Assembly: GCA_964035545.1 (NCBI GenBank) | Contig: OZ037769.1 | Span: 17,328,633-17,392,632, forward strand | Direction of reading: 5' to 3' | Origin: Bugula neritina | Taxonomy: Eukaryota > Animalia > Bryozoa | DNA length: 64,000 nt | In this document: piece after piece, positions 36,660 through 51,600 of the stretch | Layout of the letters: the number at the start of each line of letters is the position of its first letter | Numbering within the stretch: position 1 is the stretch's first letter | The notes under the pieces: generated by a model | Told to the model about the DNA's origin: nothing | Database searches by the model: none | The model's input: the letters and a program-made list of their open reading frames with translations, nothing else | Made by a program: the position numbers and the translations under genes

Positions 36660-39600
36660 TCAACTCTGCAGATGTTTCTGAATGAGTATTTTGAGGTTGT
36701 AGTTGGGGAGGAGGATGTTTGCTGTCAGAGGAGCGTTAGTCATCGGACTGGATGTCTTTCCGGCAGCCATCCAAGACAGCATGGCACTTTTCTCATACGA
36801 ATATCCGTCTACAAGAAAGTATCGCAGTAAATGTACCTCTTCAGTGCGAGAGTATTACACCAACACTCAGTGGACATGTGGAGTTGTCACCTACCTGAAG
36901 CTACCACTGGCTCCTTCATTATCTCATGAGTGATTGGACAAGTGAACTCGTGAGCAGTATCACGGGTGGGGGTCACGCCGTCCCCTACTGCACTGCTTTG
37001 GGTTAGTAACTGGTCTAAACCTCTCATGATTTTGTTCCTGGCTCCATACGCACCTGGTGGAAGTATATCGTATCATATATGTGTGATACTTATGATATGT
37101 GTAATACTTATGATATGTGTAATACTTATGATATGTGTAATACTTATGATATGTAATACTTATGATGTGTAATACTTATGATATGTAATACTTATGATAT
37201 GTGTAATACTTATGATATGTGTAATACTTATGATGTGTGTAATACTTATGATATGTAATACTTATGATGTGTAATACTTATGATATGTAATAGCTATGAT
37301 ATGTGTAATACTTATGATATGTGATACTTATGATATGTGTAATACTTATGATGTGTGATACTTATGATATGTAATACTTATGATATGTAATACTTATGAT
37401 ATGTGATACTTATGATATGTGATACTTATGATATGTGTAATACTTATGATATGTGTAATACTTATGATATGTAATACTTATGATATGTAATACTTATGAT
37501 ATGTGATACTTATGATATGTGATACTTATGATATGTGTAATACTTATGATATGTAATACTTATGATATGTGTAATACTTATGATATGTAATACTTATGAT
37601 ATGTGATACTTATGATATGTGTAATACTTATGATATGTAATACTTATGATATGTGTAATACTTATGATGTATATATTACTGATAGGAAGTACGAATGATT
37701 TATCCATTCATAATGACAGAATAAGTTACTGATCAGAGTCGTCACACCAATATACATAGAAAATATTCCCTAAAGCTTTCTACATCAAAAAGCTAAACTG
37801 TGATTGCGTCAGTTTCCGTAGAGCCTACACGGTAGGGGTGGGAGAGCTCGCCAACCTACCAACGCCAATCTCCGTCTCCAGCACCTCTTTAGTCAGATGC
37901 TGCAGTTCGCTGCCGTCTATGTCGTGCTGCCGGAAACTGCCGGTATGTTTACCCAGTCCGAGACTGCTCAGCCAGTGGCAGACGTCCTCTACAGACCATG
38001 TGGTCAGGTCAGCTGCAGGAGCCAATGGCTGGCTGGTCCCATGACTCACAGTGACTGCTGATTGGCTGGAAGTTAGTGTGTCTGTTTGCTGATTGGCTGG
38101 TTGGCCCAACTGAATGAGGTTAGGGGTCACACCTGCAGGAGATAGGAAGAGTTAATAGGCGAGAGTTGGTACAGACAGGGGGGGGGAGAGACAATACTTA
38201 GAGCATGTATTATAAACATGAGAAAATGTATAAACAGTATCTCCGTTGATAACAAATATACACTGAGAATTTCTATCTATTCCACTTTAAATTGCTTTGC
38301 TTTCACCTGATTCTTGTTCCTGTTCAGTTGGCAGAGAAAAAGAAAATCGAATACATAGAGAAGTTCAAGGATTATGATTCAATAAACAGGCAGTAAATGG
38401 GGTGTAAACAGGTTAATGACTAACAACATACCATTATTCACCAGCTTTTATATTATAATGGTATGTTAGAGCAGTTGGCAGTTGCTATGGCAACACATCT
38501 TTATTATTATTTATTGCAGTTGAAGATCAGTCAAGGAAATACATGACACAGTAGAGTATAGGGTGAGCATAGCAAGCAACAGGACTGAGAGAGAGAGAGT
38601 TGGTGCTAAGTGAGTTAGGTGAGTTATGTACAGCTTTCATAGGTGTAGCTTTGTAACGACACACCTGATACAGAGGTGGCATTGCGATGGTACACATGAT
38701 ATAAAGGTGATAAGGTAGTGTTACGGTGATACATACAGAGATGGAAATATACCTGATAATACCACATCAATTATTCTCCAATTATTTCAAGTCAACTATG
38801 TTGCCTGAACAACATTTTTCGAGGAGCAAATATTTTCAGGATAAGTCATCTTTAACATGTGATAACTTCTTAAATATATGACATGGCACTGCATTTACAC
38901 AAGAGAGTTATGTTTCTACAATGACCACAAGTTTTATCCATTATCCGTCTTATTGATTTGCGATCATGGCTGAATTGAATGGCTGAATAGGTGATTGTCT
39001 TTACTCAAAGCACTTTTTACCCTGCCCTATTCAGCCTTTATAAATATTATATGCTGCTGTTGTTATGCTTTAGTTGGCCTGTAACTTGATCTGTGGCTGT
39101 AAGCAATTGTCACGTGACAGTGCGGGTACATGACTATAAGTTAATAAGTACCAGCACAATATGACCCTCTGGTCCATATGTTACGCACCAGCAGTGGGAC
39201 TTGAGATCAATTCACACAAATGTTACAGCTCAGACTAGTTTATATCTAACGGCATTATTATAAAGGTTAGTATTTCAAGTCTGTTGTATTGAGAAATGTC
39301 AGTGTATAGAGATTGTCATCTACTAGGGTTGTAGTGTCTGTGTAGTAATTAGCTGCATGTTATATCTCTACACTGTCTCCTCATACTTGTACATGTCTTG
39401 GATTTACTTCTTTCAGTTCACCAGACTGAGCTGAGGAGTGAGCAGTTGAGTGCCATCTACAGCGTGAAAGTAGACAGTGGACAGGCAGCAGTGGAAAGGC
39501 GGTGGCAGCAGAGCTAGCAGTGTGCTCTGCGATGTTAAAGAGTCTAACTAGTAATGTCACCTATAAATAAATTCAACCAGTTAGTCACGGTTGAGATAAT

Positions 39601-42600
39601 CACCTTTCTCTTCTGCTTCACTATTCCGATTATTCAGTTCGCCGTACAAGACCTCCTCTACGTGAAACTCTGTCTCCAGAACGAGAACACCACCGACAGT
39701 CTGTGTCACGATAGACAATGGATAAACAAACACAAAGAAACCGAAGGGAAGACATCTTTGTGGATCATGTATATCAACATCGCTATCGTAATACCTGCCA
39801 TCATTTCTTCCATATTCCAGGGAAGCTATATTGACAGGTTCGGCTTCAGTTTGCCAACACGTCTACCACTGGTTGGAATCACCATAGCCTGTGGGGTGTC
39901 AGCAATTGTAGCCTTGACAAACGTGCGGCACGAGCTCCTTATTGTAGGCATGGTCTTGATGGGGGCGTGCGGACACACCCCCGCCTTTATGATGGCGGCA
40001 AATGCGTATGTAGTGAAAGACGCAAGTGGTGAGAAAAATAAGACACTACGCCTAGCCATAGTTGGCTCGTGTCTTGCCATAGGCATATCTGCGGGGACAG
40101 CCGTGATTGGACCAATCTCAGACCATCTAGGACTATACTGGGTGTTTCTGATTGGTCTGTTTAGTTCATTACTAGCTCTACTAGACAGTGTGCTGAGAGT
40201 GAGACCTCCGAGACATCAGCCACCAGCACCACATGGCAAACACTTTCTCACTAAACTGAAGGAAACGTTTGAACTACGGACCATGAAATCCTACATCAAG
40301 GTGATGACTAGAAGTAGAGAACATTCCAGAAGGTTACACATGCATCTGATGACTCTAGTATTTGTGATCTCCTTCTGTGCCCTCATAGGGGTGGTGGACG
40401 TGGAGTTCTTGTACCTAACAAAGGAGAAAGGCTTCACCACCACCCAGGCTAGTATATTCATGAGTGTAGCCATGCTGCTCATGTTCTTTGGTAAAACTCT
40501 CGGTACGTATGTACTTAGCTCCAAACTCGGACTGAATCTCATTTACATAACAATGATTGGCTCCCTCAGTGCAGTAATAAACTATACCGGCTTTTCATTG
40601 GCTAACTCTTTCGCAGCTCTGTGGGCCTCAAATGTGTTCAAAATGTTCAGTGGCTTGAACTCAGTAATGACAAGATCGTACGTGAGTGGATGCGTGGAGA
40701 TGAACGAGCAAGGAACCATTATTTCATTCATGTCGGTCACGGAGGCCATATTCAAACTGATAGCATCGTTTGTGTTCAACGGACTATACCCACTTACGCT
40801 GACAACGTGGCCGGGAGCCATGTTCATGGTGGCAGCAGTGCTGTGTGTCAGCGGAATACCTGTACTCGGCTTCATCAGGTGGCATGAGCTGGGAACAGGT
40901 GCTAAGTACGTCATAATGAGTGAAGACGGGCAGATGATGGTGGATGATAACTCCAACTCCAAGTCTGATTCCAACTCAAAGTCTGACGATATTGAAATAC
41001 AAACTTTGTAGAGTACTAGCACTGCTAGTAGTAGTACTGTTAGTATTAGTACTGATAGTATTAGTACTGTTAGTATTAGTACTGTTAGTATTAGTACTGT
41101 TAGTATTAGTACTGTTAGTAGTAGTACTGTTAGTAGTAGTACTGTTAGTATTAGCACTGCTAGTATTAGTACTGTGAGTATTAGTACTCATAATACTAGT
41201 GGTATTAGTACTAGTACTGTTAGTATTAGTACTGTTAGTACTAGTACTGTTAGTATTAGTACTGTTGGTATTAGTACTGTTAGTATTAGTACTGTTGGTA
41301 TTAGTACTGTTAGTATTAGTACTGTTAGTACTAGTACTGTTAGTATTAGTACTGTTGGTATTAGTACTGTTAGTATTAGTACTGTTAGTACTAGTACTCA
41401 CACTAGTAAGTACTCGGATTACAAATACTATTATCACTGAACTCTCAAAGAATAAACTGAAATATAGATGTGTTAGTTAAATCTTGAAATACTCACCTCT
41501 GAGGTTGAGGGTGTCGGTGATCCCCCACACCTTTACTGTCCTGTCACAGGAACACGTGTATATCTGCTTGTCGTCTGCGCTGAATGCCAAACTGTTGATG
41601 AAACTGCAAGATATTCACAGGAAATCTTAGAGTAGAGTTAGCATAGTCTCTAAGAGATAACTCGTAATATATGAACTTGTTTATAATTAGAATCTCTCTA
41701 TTTATGTGCTTATTCATGTCCTTTATATCAGAGATACTGTTTTATATCAGAGAAACTGTTTTATATCAGAGATACTGTTTTATATCAGAGCGAATATTTT
41801 TGTAACAAACCATAAAAATATTGATGAAAAACATAAACCCGTGAAATACATTCCTCCACTGCTCAGGAAAAAGATACTATTAAGGGAACAGTAGAGTTGG
41901 TGTAGCATTTGTTACTATAACTACACTATAATATATTACCTCAGTAGCCAAAGAGCCAGCTGTTACATTATGACATGCTACAAACTGATAGTATTGACTT
42001 CAGCTGAGAGGTGCAAGTATATACAACATATCGTGTGTAAGACTAAACACAGTGCTACACAATACAACTGGTAGGGGGGGGGGGGTATGTAGGGGTGGAT
42101 ATGTAGGGGAGGGAGAGGGGGATACGTAGGGGTGGATGTGTAGGAGGGGAGGGGGATACGTAGGGGTGGATATGTAGGGGTGGATATGTAGGGGAGGGAG
42201 AGGGGGATATGTAGGGGTGGATATGTAGGGGAGGGAGAGGGGGATATGTAGGGGTGGATATGTAGGGAGGGAGAGGGGGATACATAGGTTATCATCTCAA
42301 CTTATACAACTAATACAAAGCAGCAAAAGTGACACAAAATGCTGCCTGTCGCATATAGCGGAGGACCAATAGTGATAGTTGAACATGTACGGGGCGTGGA
42401 GCACCCCTCTCCCTCCCAACTCGCTGTGTTCTACTGACTCCACGGAATATAGAAAAGCAGAGCAGTACAGAAGAGATAAGAAAATTTCAAGTGGTCTTCG
42501 ATAGTAGAATTAGTTGTGTAACAGAGAAGTTATTCCCCCTTGACAATACTAGTGTGCCTAGTCATATGCAAACCTTTGATCTACGTGAATGTTTGTAAGG

Positions 42601-45600
42601 TTCTCAGTCTAAACACAGCATAGAGTAGTCTAGACTTACCTAGTGTGAGCCTCTACGTTCACAAAGATACATTCACCATCCTGGATAAAATAGACATCAT
42701 TGTGAGTATATGATAGAATAGACATCATTGTGAGTATATGATAGAATAGACATCATTGAGTATATGATAGTATAGAGATCATTGTGAGTATATGATAGAA
42801 TAGACATCATTGTGAGTATATGATAGTATAGATATCATTGTGAGTATATGATAGTATAGACATCATTGTGAGTATATGATAGTATAGATATAATGTAGAG
42901 AACACAACTTCAACTAGTAGAGTGATGCAGGTTAATATTTATAACTTTAATCAAAGAGCAGAAAACTGCCTCAAACACTGCAGAATGCTCTATTTAATGC
43001 GCAAAATATAATATATTTTAGCACAGTATACTAGAAATATGGGAATGCATACATATTAAATGAGCAATTTCCTCATGTGAAATCAGGATAACAGGTAGAT
43101 AAACAGGTGAAATCAGGATAACAGGTAGATAAACAGGTGAAATCAGGATAACAGGTAGATAAACAGGTGAAATCAGGGTAACAGGTAGATGAACAGGTGA
43201 AATCAGGATAACAGGTAGATGAACATGTGAAATAATTGACATGCTGAGTTGAATAAAGGAATGATTCAAGTGTGTGGGTGTGCTAGTCATCAGGGAGTAG
43301 TGATGGTGATACCCGTTGGACAGTGAGTGAGACTGAGTGAGTACAGAGTGAGTAGTGAGAGAGAAGTGACTGAGACTGAGAGAGAGAGTGAGACTGAGAG
43401 AGAGTGAGACTGAGAGAGAGTGAGACTGAGAGAGAGTGAGACTGAGAGAGAGTGAGACTGAGAGAGAGTGAGACTGAGAGAGAGTGGGACTGTACCCACC
43501 ATATTCCACAGACGCACAGTGAAATCTCCCCCACAGCTAGCCAGAGTCTCTCCGGTACTGTTATACTTGACGCAGTAGACGGGCCCCGTGTGTCCCACTA
43601 AAGTGTTGAGCTTACTCAGTCTAGGGGAAGTGACATCATCGTAGGAGATGCTCCAGATGTGTATGAGACAATCGGCACCTCCAGACACGAACTGCACCCC
43701 GTCATTGCTCTCGCCTGTGAGAGGTAGACATAACTCTACATACACATGTGAATCTACTCGACTCAGCTGGTCTTATCTAAATGAAATCTGCAGCAGAAAC
43801 TATCAATAGTCAAACTGCTTACCTGGTTTTCCCTTGTATTTGGGTGATATCTGCAGGAATTGTGTTCCCATCTCATGCGCTGTCATCTGCACGGCAGCGG
43901 GTTTGTTGGAGAGGTACTGGGCATTCCACACCCTGATGTCTCCAGTCACACTGTGACCTGACAGCAGCCAGTGGGTGTCGGGAGTGAAGCAGAGGGCGAG
44001 TATGGTCTCATCGTCATTTACACTCATAGTCCTAGAATATACACTCATAGTCCTAGAATATACACTCATAGTCCTAGAATATACACTCATAGTCCTAGAA
44101 TATACACACTCATAGTCCTAGAATATACACTCATAGTCCTAGAATATACATTCATAGTCCTAGAATATACATTCATAGTCCTAGAATATACACTCATAGT
44201 CCTAGAATATACACTCATAGTCCTAGAATATACACTCATAGTCCTAGAATATACACTCATAGTCCTAGAATATACATTCATAGTCGTAGAATATACACTC
44301 ATAGTCCTAGAATATACACACTCATAGTCCTAGAATATACATTCATAGTCGTAGAATATACACTCATAGTCCTAGAATATACACTCATAGTCCTAGAGTA
44401 TACACAGTATACTAGAGTATACACAGTACTTGAGAGTCTTGTAGCTGTCCATCTCCATGATAGCGATGGTGCCGTCACACGCCCCGAAAGCTGCCAGATG
44501 ATCGTAGCCTGAGAGACAGGCTGCTCTCATTCCCACGTCACTCGGCTGCTGGTGGTACGCCAACAACCGCCCCGTCTGTGTGTCCACCACCGAGGCCTAC
44601 AGGTAATATACTGATATAATATACTGATAGAATATACTGATATAATATACTGTGTAATATACTGATATAATATACTGATATAATATACTAATATAATATA
44701 CTGTATAATATACTGTATAATATACTGTGTAATATACTGTATAATATACTGTATAATATACTGATATAATATACTGATATAATATACTGTATAATATACT
44801 GTGTAATATACTGTATAATATACTGTGTAATATACTGTGTAATATACTGTATAATATACTGATATAATATACTGATATAATATACTGTATAATATACTGT
44901 ATAATATACTGATATAATATACCGTATAATATACTGTATAATATACTGTATAATATACTGATATAATATACTGATACAATATACTGACATATAGTATTGA
45001 GAGAGTGTACCTTGCCGTCCATTGACGTAGCGACAAGACGACTTCCATCAGAGGTGAGAGCGCAGTGTATGACATGGTATTTGTGTATCTGTAGAGGGCT
45101 GTACGATTTCTCCGTGTAATCAGGGCCATTGAACACTCGGATTATCTGTTTGTATATACAGTATATACAGTATGTGTGTAAGTATATACAGTATGTGTGT
45201 AAGTATATACAGTAGGTGTGTAAGTATATACAGTATATGTGACCAGTCGCGACAAAACCGGGGATGTGGCGGCGTTTATAAAGTGTAGTAAATGAAGGTT
45301 TAATTTGGATATACTTAAATTTGAAATTAATTTTCAGTTTTTAGGTTTTGAACTTTTCTAATACAAAAAAATCCAAGGATTTCAAAAATCATACTTTCGC
45401 AAGCATTTGATGATTCCTTCAGCTTCAAAATTGCATTTAAAGTTGGTAACTAAGGCATTCAATTTTTTAAATGGTGAAAAATTTGCGAAGTTATCAAATG
45501 AAGAAAGAAGACAATTTTAGTCATTTTCATAGCGTGAGATCTTGCAAATTTATTTTTTATCAAATGAATTTAGCTTACACCTCTTTCTTCGCATTGTCAG

Positions 45601-48600
45601 AAGCATCGTATTTAAAATCGCAGGCTAGTTTTAGTTTTTCATCGTGCTCCACCCAAAGTTAGCTTTTAAGTTACAGAGCTGTTTTGCCCTTTGGTGATAA
45701 ATGCTAAACTTAATTTTTATCTTTAGCGTTCAAGCTTAAAAATCACAACAATACAGGTAATTATACTTAAAACCATCCTTTACGCTATTAACTTAGAATT
45801 GTTGCCAGGATTATTTGTAGTTATCAATTTATTTATATTCATACTATCACTAGGACTGGAGTATGTCTATTCTTATTCTATACTAGTAACTATTTCAATG
45901 ACTCTCACTATGACTCACAGTTTGAGGTACGGTTACTCATAATGATAATCATAATGAATATTATTCATGATTTACTGGTACAGGTATTTGGCAGTAAAAC
46001 TAAATGTAGCTCATCAATATTAATAGTATAACTATAAGTAATAATTAATAATTATAAATTCACTATTTGAGTCTGACTCTGAGTTTCACCTTCGGTCCTA
46101 AAACTTGATACTTATAGTATTATATTTATTAATTTATTCTATAGTTGATATTTAAATTTACTTTGGACTTATTCTTAGTAACTTTTAGCCCCTGTCTTAG
46201 ATTTTGTGAATACAGTTACTGATTACTATTACTATTAGTATTACTATTAGTATTAACGTTAGGCCTACTAGTCAAGCTACCGTTTCCTTTTGTGATTTTC
46301 AAATTAGCTCAAAGTTTGATTTAAAATATAATGATAAAATCTTTATCACATTATGCAGGCTTACAGTTACTGTCAAAACTCAATTGGTAATCCTATTTAT
46401 ATTGATAAAAGCATCACCTATAACCAAATTGAAATGGTAAATGTGATTAAATGTAAAGGAGTATAATGATGAAATATTAATGTGAGTTCATATTGATTCT
46501 ATAGTTGACTGACTTAGTTCTTCAGTAAGTTACTTTTAGTCTTATTTAGTGAATAGTAACACTAACTGAATGCATAAATAGTCTAAACTTTTTAATTTTA
46601 TTATAAAGGATGAGCAAAAGTTTATTCATATTTTAAAGTAATTTATTGAATTCAAATTGATTTCATAGTAAATGTCTTTAATATATTCAGTTGCATTTAG
46701 CTAGCTTTTTTACTCAATTAAATGCCTGAGTGGTTAATAGTTATCGAAAGACATTGCTTCAAAATTGCCAATTGCAGATATGCTAGATATTCAAGTGCAT
46801 AATGTGTAATTTTACTGATAATACTATGTTAATATAGAATAATACGATATTCTGTACATTTTAGAAAGTGGGCTTATGAGAACATTAGAGTGAAGACTTA
46901 TACCTACACAACTCTACTACCTATCAATCTAACACTCCTAATGTAAACACTCTGAATTTTGGCTTGCAAGGTTATGGCTTGTGCTTATTTCATTCATAAA
47001 AAGGTTTGCAGTCTTTTAATGATGTGCTTAAAAATTTTCAACAATTTTTTTTATTTAAATTGTTCTGTTTAAATGTTGATAAAATGCAGGATAACAATTA
47101 ACTGCTGCCATAATAGTACCACAAGACTGTTTAACCAACTAATTTTTTATAATATAACTGCGTATAGTTTCTAATCAAGCTACCGTTTTCTTTTGTTATT
47201 TAAAAAAGTCAACATTGTACTTGCAGCTCTGAAATAGACAATAGATGGGTAGATTGGCAGAATAGATGTCAAGTAGCGGCATCTATAATTGCTAGAAAAT
47301 CAGCTGATGATAGTGATGAAGCTTTTGCCACATACATGATGTTATGTGTCCATACTCTGTAAACTCATATTATGAAGACCAAGGAAGTAGAAAGATGAAA
47401 AGTGCCTTTTTTGCAAAAACCGTAGAAGCTACCTAATTTTCTTTTCTTGATAAGAGTTAATTCAAGCATAATGGTTGTATCCAGGCTCGATTTGTTACTG
47501 CATTTAATTACTTTTTTTAAAATAATGTATTTGATGTTTTAAATGTGAATATTAATGCCTAATAAAACTCAAAAGTTCTAATCGCTGATTTTATGTTTAT
47601 ATTTTCAACATCAATTGCTAAATTTAATTGCCGTTAGAGATTATAAAGATATTTATGAATGAATCTCGAATGATCTCATAATAGTCAAATGATTTTCTCA
47701 TAAGTGTTCTAATCATTAAGCAATAACTATGAAACAGCACAGCTCAATAGCTGCAGTTTGATATATTACACAATATATTAGAGGAGAGGAAGATATTCAA
47801 TGTATAACAGGAAGCAGCTGCCATTTTGTTTTATATGACTTCCTGCTAACTTAGATGCCCAATTTAAATATCTCAACACACAAATTTGCTGAAACATCCT
47901 CCTCTTTGCTGGAATTGTTGAACCTTTCAATCATTAAACAAAGTAAAAAGCAAATTGACAAATAAATTAGACAAAAAGTTTGGCGGCCATATTTGACCTA
48001 ATTTTATGTTGAGGCAGCATGAAATTTAGTTTAACAGAAAGCCCAAACTTTCACAATTATTTTGGTACCAAATTTGTCACTATTCCTATTATACAAAGAC
48101 CCGTTGCTAAGGCTTGTAAATTGTAAACAAATAATTCTCAATTTATTCTAGAGTTGCCAACTTAAACTCGATTTTCTCGAAACAGTAATTTAGAAATTCT
48201 AAAAACGTTAAAGTTTTTAAATACTGATATCTCGAGTTCTATTTATGCTAGAGACTTCAAATAAAGTGCAAAATGTTCAAAAAAGTCTGCTCTATCACTC
48301 TATAGTAATAACTAAGTTTTCAACATTTTATATACATCCCTTGCTTTGTGGTGCCAGGTCACATATGTGTGTAAGTATGTATACAGTATATACAGTATAT
48401 GTGTGTAAGTATGTATACAGTATATACAGTATGTGTGTAAGTATATACAGTATGTGTGTAAGTATATACAGCATGTGTGTAAGTATATACAGTATGTGTG
48501 TAAGTATGTACAGTATGTGTGTAAGTATATACAGTATGTGTGTAAGTATATACAGTATGTGTGTAAGTGTATACAGTATGTGTGTAAGTATATACAGTAT

Positions 48601-51600
48601 GTGTGTAAGTATATACAGTAGGTGTGTAAGTGTATACAGTATGTGTGTAAGTATATACAGTATGTGTGTAAGTATATACAGTATGTGTGTAAGTGTATAC
48701 AGTGTGTGTGTAAGTATAGCTAACAGTATATACAGTATGTGTGTAAGTATATACAGTATGTGTGTAAGTATGTATACAGTATATACAGCATGTGTGTAAG
48801 TATATACAGTATGTGTGTAAGTATGTACAGTATGTGTGTAAGTATATACAGTATGTGTGTAAGTATATACAGTATGTGTGTAAGTGTATACAGTGTGTGC
48901 GTAAGTATATACAGTATGTGTGTAAGTATATACAGTATGTGTGTAAGTGTATACAGTATGTGTGTAAGTATATACAGTATGTGTGTAAGTGTATACAGTA
49001 TGTGTGTAAGTATATACAGTATGTGTGTAAGTATATACAGTATGTGTGTAAGTATATACAGTAGGTGTGTAAGTGTATACAGTATGTGTGTAAGTATATA
49101 CAGTATGTGTGTAAGTATATACAGTATGTGTGTAAGTGTATACAGTGTGTGTGTAAGTATAGCTAACAGTATATACAGTATGTGTGTAAGTATATACAGT
49201 ATGTGTGTAAGTATATACAGTATGTGTGTAAGTATATACAGTATGTGTGTAAGTATATACAGTATGTGTGTAAGTGTATACAGTGTGTGCGTAAGTATAG
49301 CTAACAGTATATACAGTATGTGTGTAACTTGTACAATTAACAGCAAACGCTTTCTCAACTTCTAATAACTTTTAAATTGTTACATTAATTTAAATATTCA
49401 AGGTTTGACTAGTGAAGTTGAGAGGTACAACTGGTAATCATCAGTGAAACTCTACTAAAGTTGGAAACTTTATAAAACTTTTATATTCAAGGTTTGCTGC
49501 AGCTTTACATGCCATAACTGGTACCAGAGTATTATATCAGTAGTTGCTGCTGCTGCTGCCTTGTATAGACTGGAATATTACATGACATCATGTTACACAA
49601 CACTATTTAATTAATTGACACAACATTACATCAATTTGTACAGTTCAACATCAAGAATTATTGATTGGAATTCATTTTATAGAATCTAGTAATATACACT
49701 GGTGTGTAGTAATATACAGTGTAGGTGTAGTAATATACAGTGATGTGTAGTAATATACAGTGGTGTGTAGTAATATACAGTGAGGTGTAGTAATATATAC
49801 TGGTGTGTAGTAATATACACTGGTGTGTAGTAATATACAGTGGTGTGTAGTAATATACAGTGATGTGTAGTAATATACAGTGGTGTGTAGTAATATACAG
49901 TGATGTGTAGTAATATACACTGGTGTGTAGTAATATACACTGATGTGTAGTAATATACACTGGTGTGTAGTAATATACAGTGATGTGTAGTAATATATAC
50001 TGGTGTGTAGTAATATACACTGGTGTGTAGTAATATACAGTGATGTGTAGTAATATACAGTGGTGTGTAGTAATATACAGCGGTGTGTAGTAATATACAG
50101 TGATGTGTAGTAATATACAGTGGTGTGTAGTAATATACAGTGATGTGTAGTAATATACAGTGGTGTGTAGTAATATACAGTGATGTGTAGTAATATACAC
50201 TGGTGTGTAGTAATATACACTGATGTGTAGTAATATACACTGGTGTGTAGTAATATACAGTGATGTGTAGTAATATACAGTGATGTGTAGTAATATACAG
50301 TGATGTGTAGTAATATACAGTGAGGTGTAGTAATATACACTGGTGTGTAGTAATATACACTGGTGTGTAGTAATATACAGTGTAAGTGTAGTAATATACA
50401 GTGATGTGTAGTAATATACAGTGATGTGTAGTAATATACAGTGATGTGTAGTAATATACAGTGATGTGTAGTAATATACAGTGAGGTGTAGTAATATACA
50501 CTGGTGTGTAGTAATATACACTGGTGTGTAGTAATATACAGTGACGTGTAGTAATATACACTGATGTGTAGTAATATACAGTGACGTGTAGGAATATACA
50601 CTGATGTGTAGTAATATACACTGGTGTGTAGTAATATACAGTGGTGTGTAGTAATATACAGTGATGTGTAGTAATATACAGTGGTGTGTAGTAATATACA
50701 GTGGTGTGTAGTAATATACAGTGGTGTGTAGTAATATACAGTGAGGTGTAGTAATATACAGTGGTGTGTAGTAATATACAGTGATGTGTAGTAATATACA
50801 CTGATGTGTAGTAATATACACTGGTGTGTAGTAATATACAGTGATGTGTAGTAATATATACTGGTGTGTAGTAATATACAGTGATGTGTAGTAATATACA
50901 CTGGCTTGTAGTAATATACAGTGGTGTGTAGTAATATACAGTGTAGGTGTAGTAATATACACTGGTGTGTAGTAATATATACTGATGTGTAGTAATATAC
51001 ACTGGTGTGTAGTAATATACAGTGGTGTGTAGTAATATATACTGATGTGTAGTAATATACACTGATGTGTAGTAATATATACTGGTGTGTAGTAATATAC
51101 AGTGATGTGTAGTAATATACACTGGTGTGTAGTAATATATACTGGTGTGTAGTAATATACACTGATGTGTAGTAATATACACTGATGTGTAGTAATATAC
51201 AGTGGTGTGTAGTAATATACAGTGTAGGTGTAGTAATATACACTGGTGTGTAGTAATATATACTGATGTGTAGTAATATACAGTGGTGTGTAGTAATATA
51301 CAGTGGTGTGTAGTAATATACACTGATGTGTAGTAATATACAGTGACGTGTAGTAATATACACTGGTGTGTAGTAATATACATTGGCAGCGTTCAACAGC
51401 CTCTGTTGATGCCTTAACTTGACGTGGGAGGATACTACAGAGTGTTGACTCATTTATGAACAAACTTTGACCCTAACAATTGTAAGTTATAATAGTGGAG
51501 TAAGTAGTGTAAGTTATAATAGTAAAGTAAGTAGTGTAAGTTATAATAGTAGAGTAAGTAGTGTAAGTTATAATAGTAAAGTAAGTAGTGTAGGTTATAA

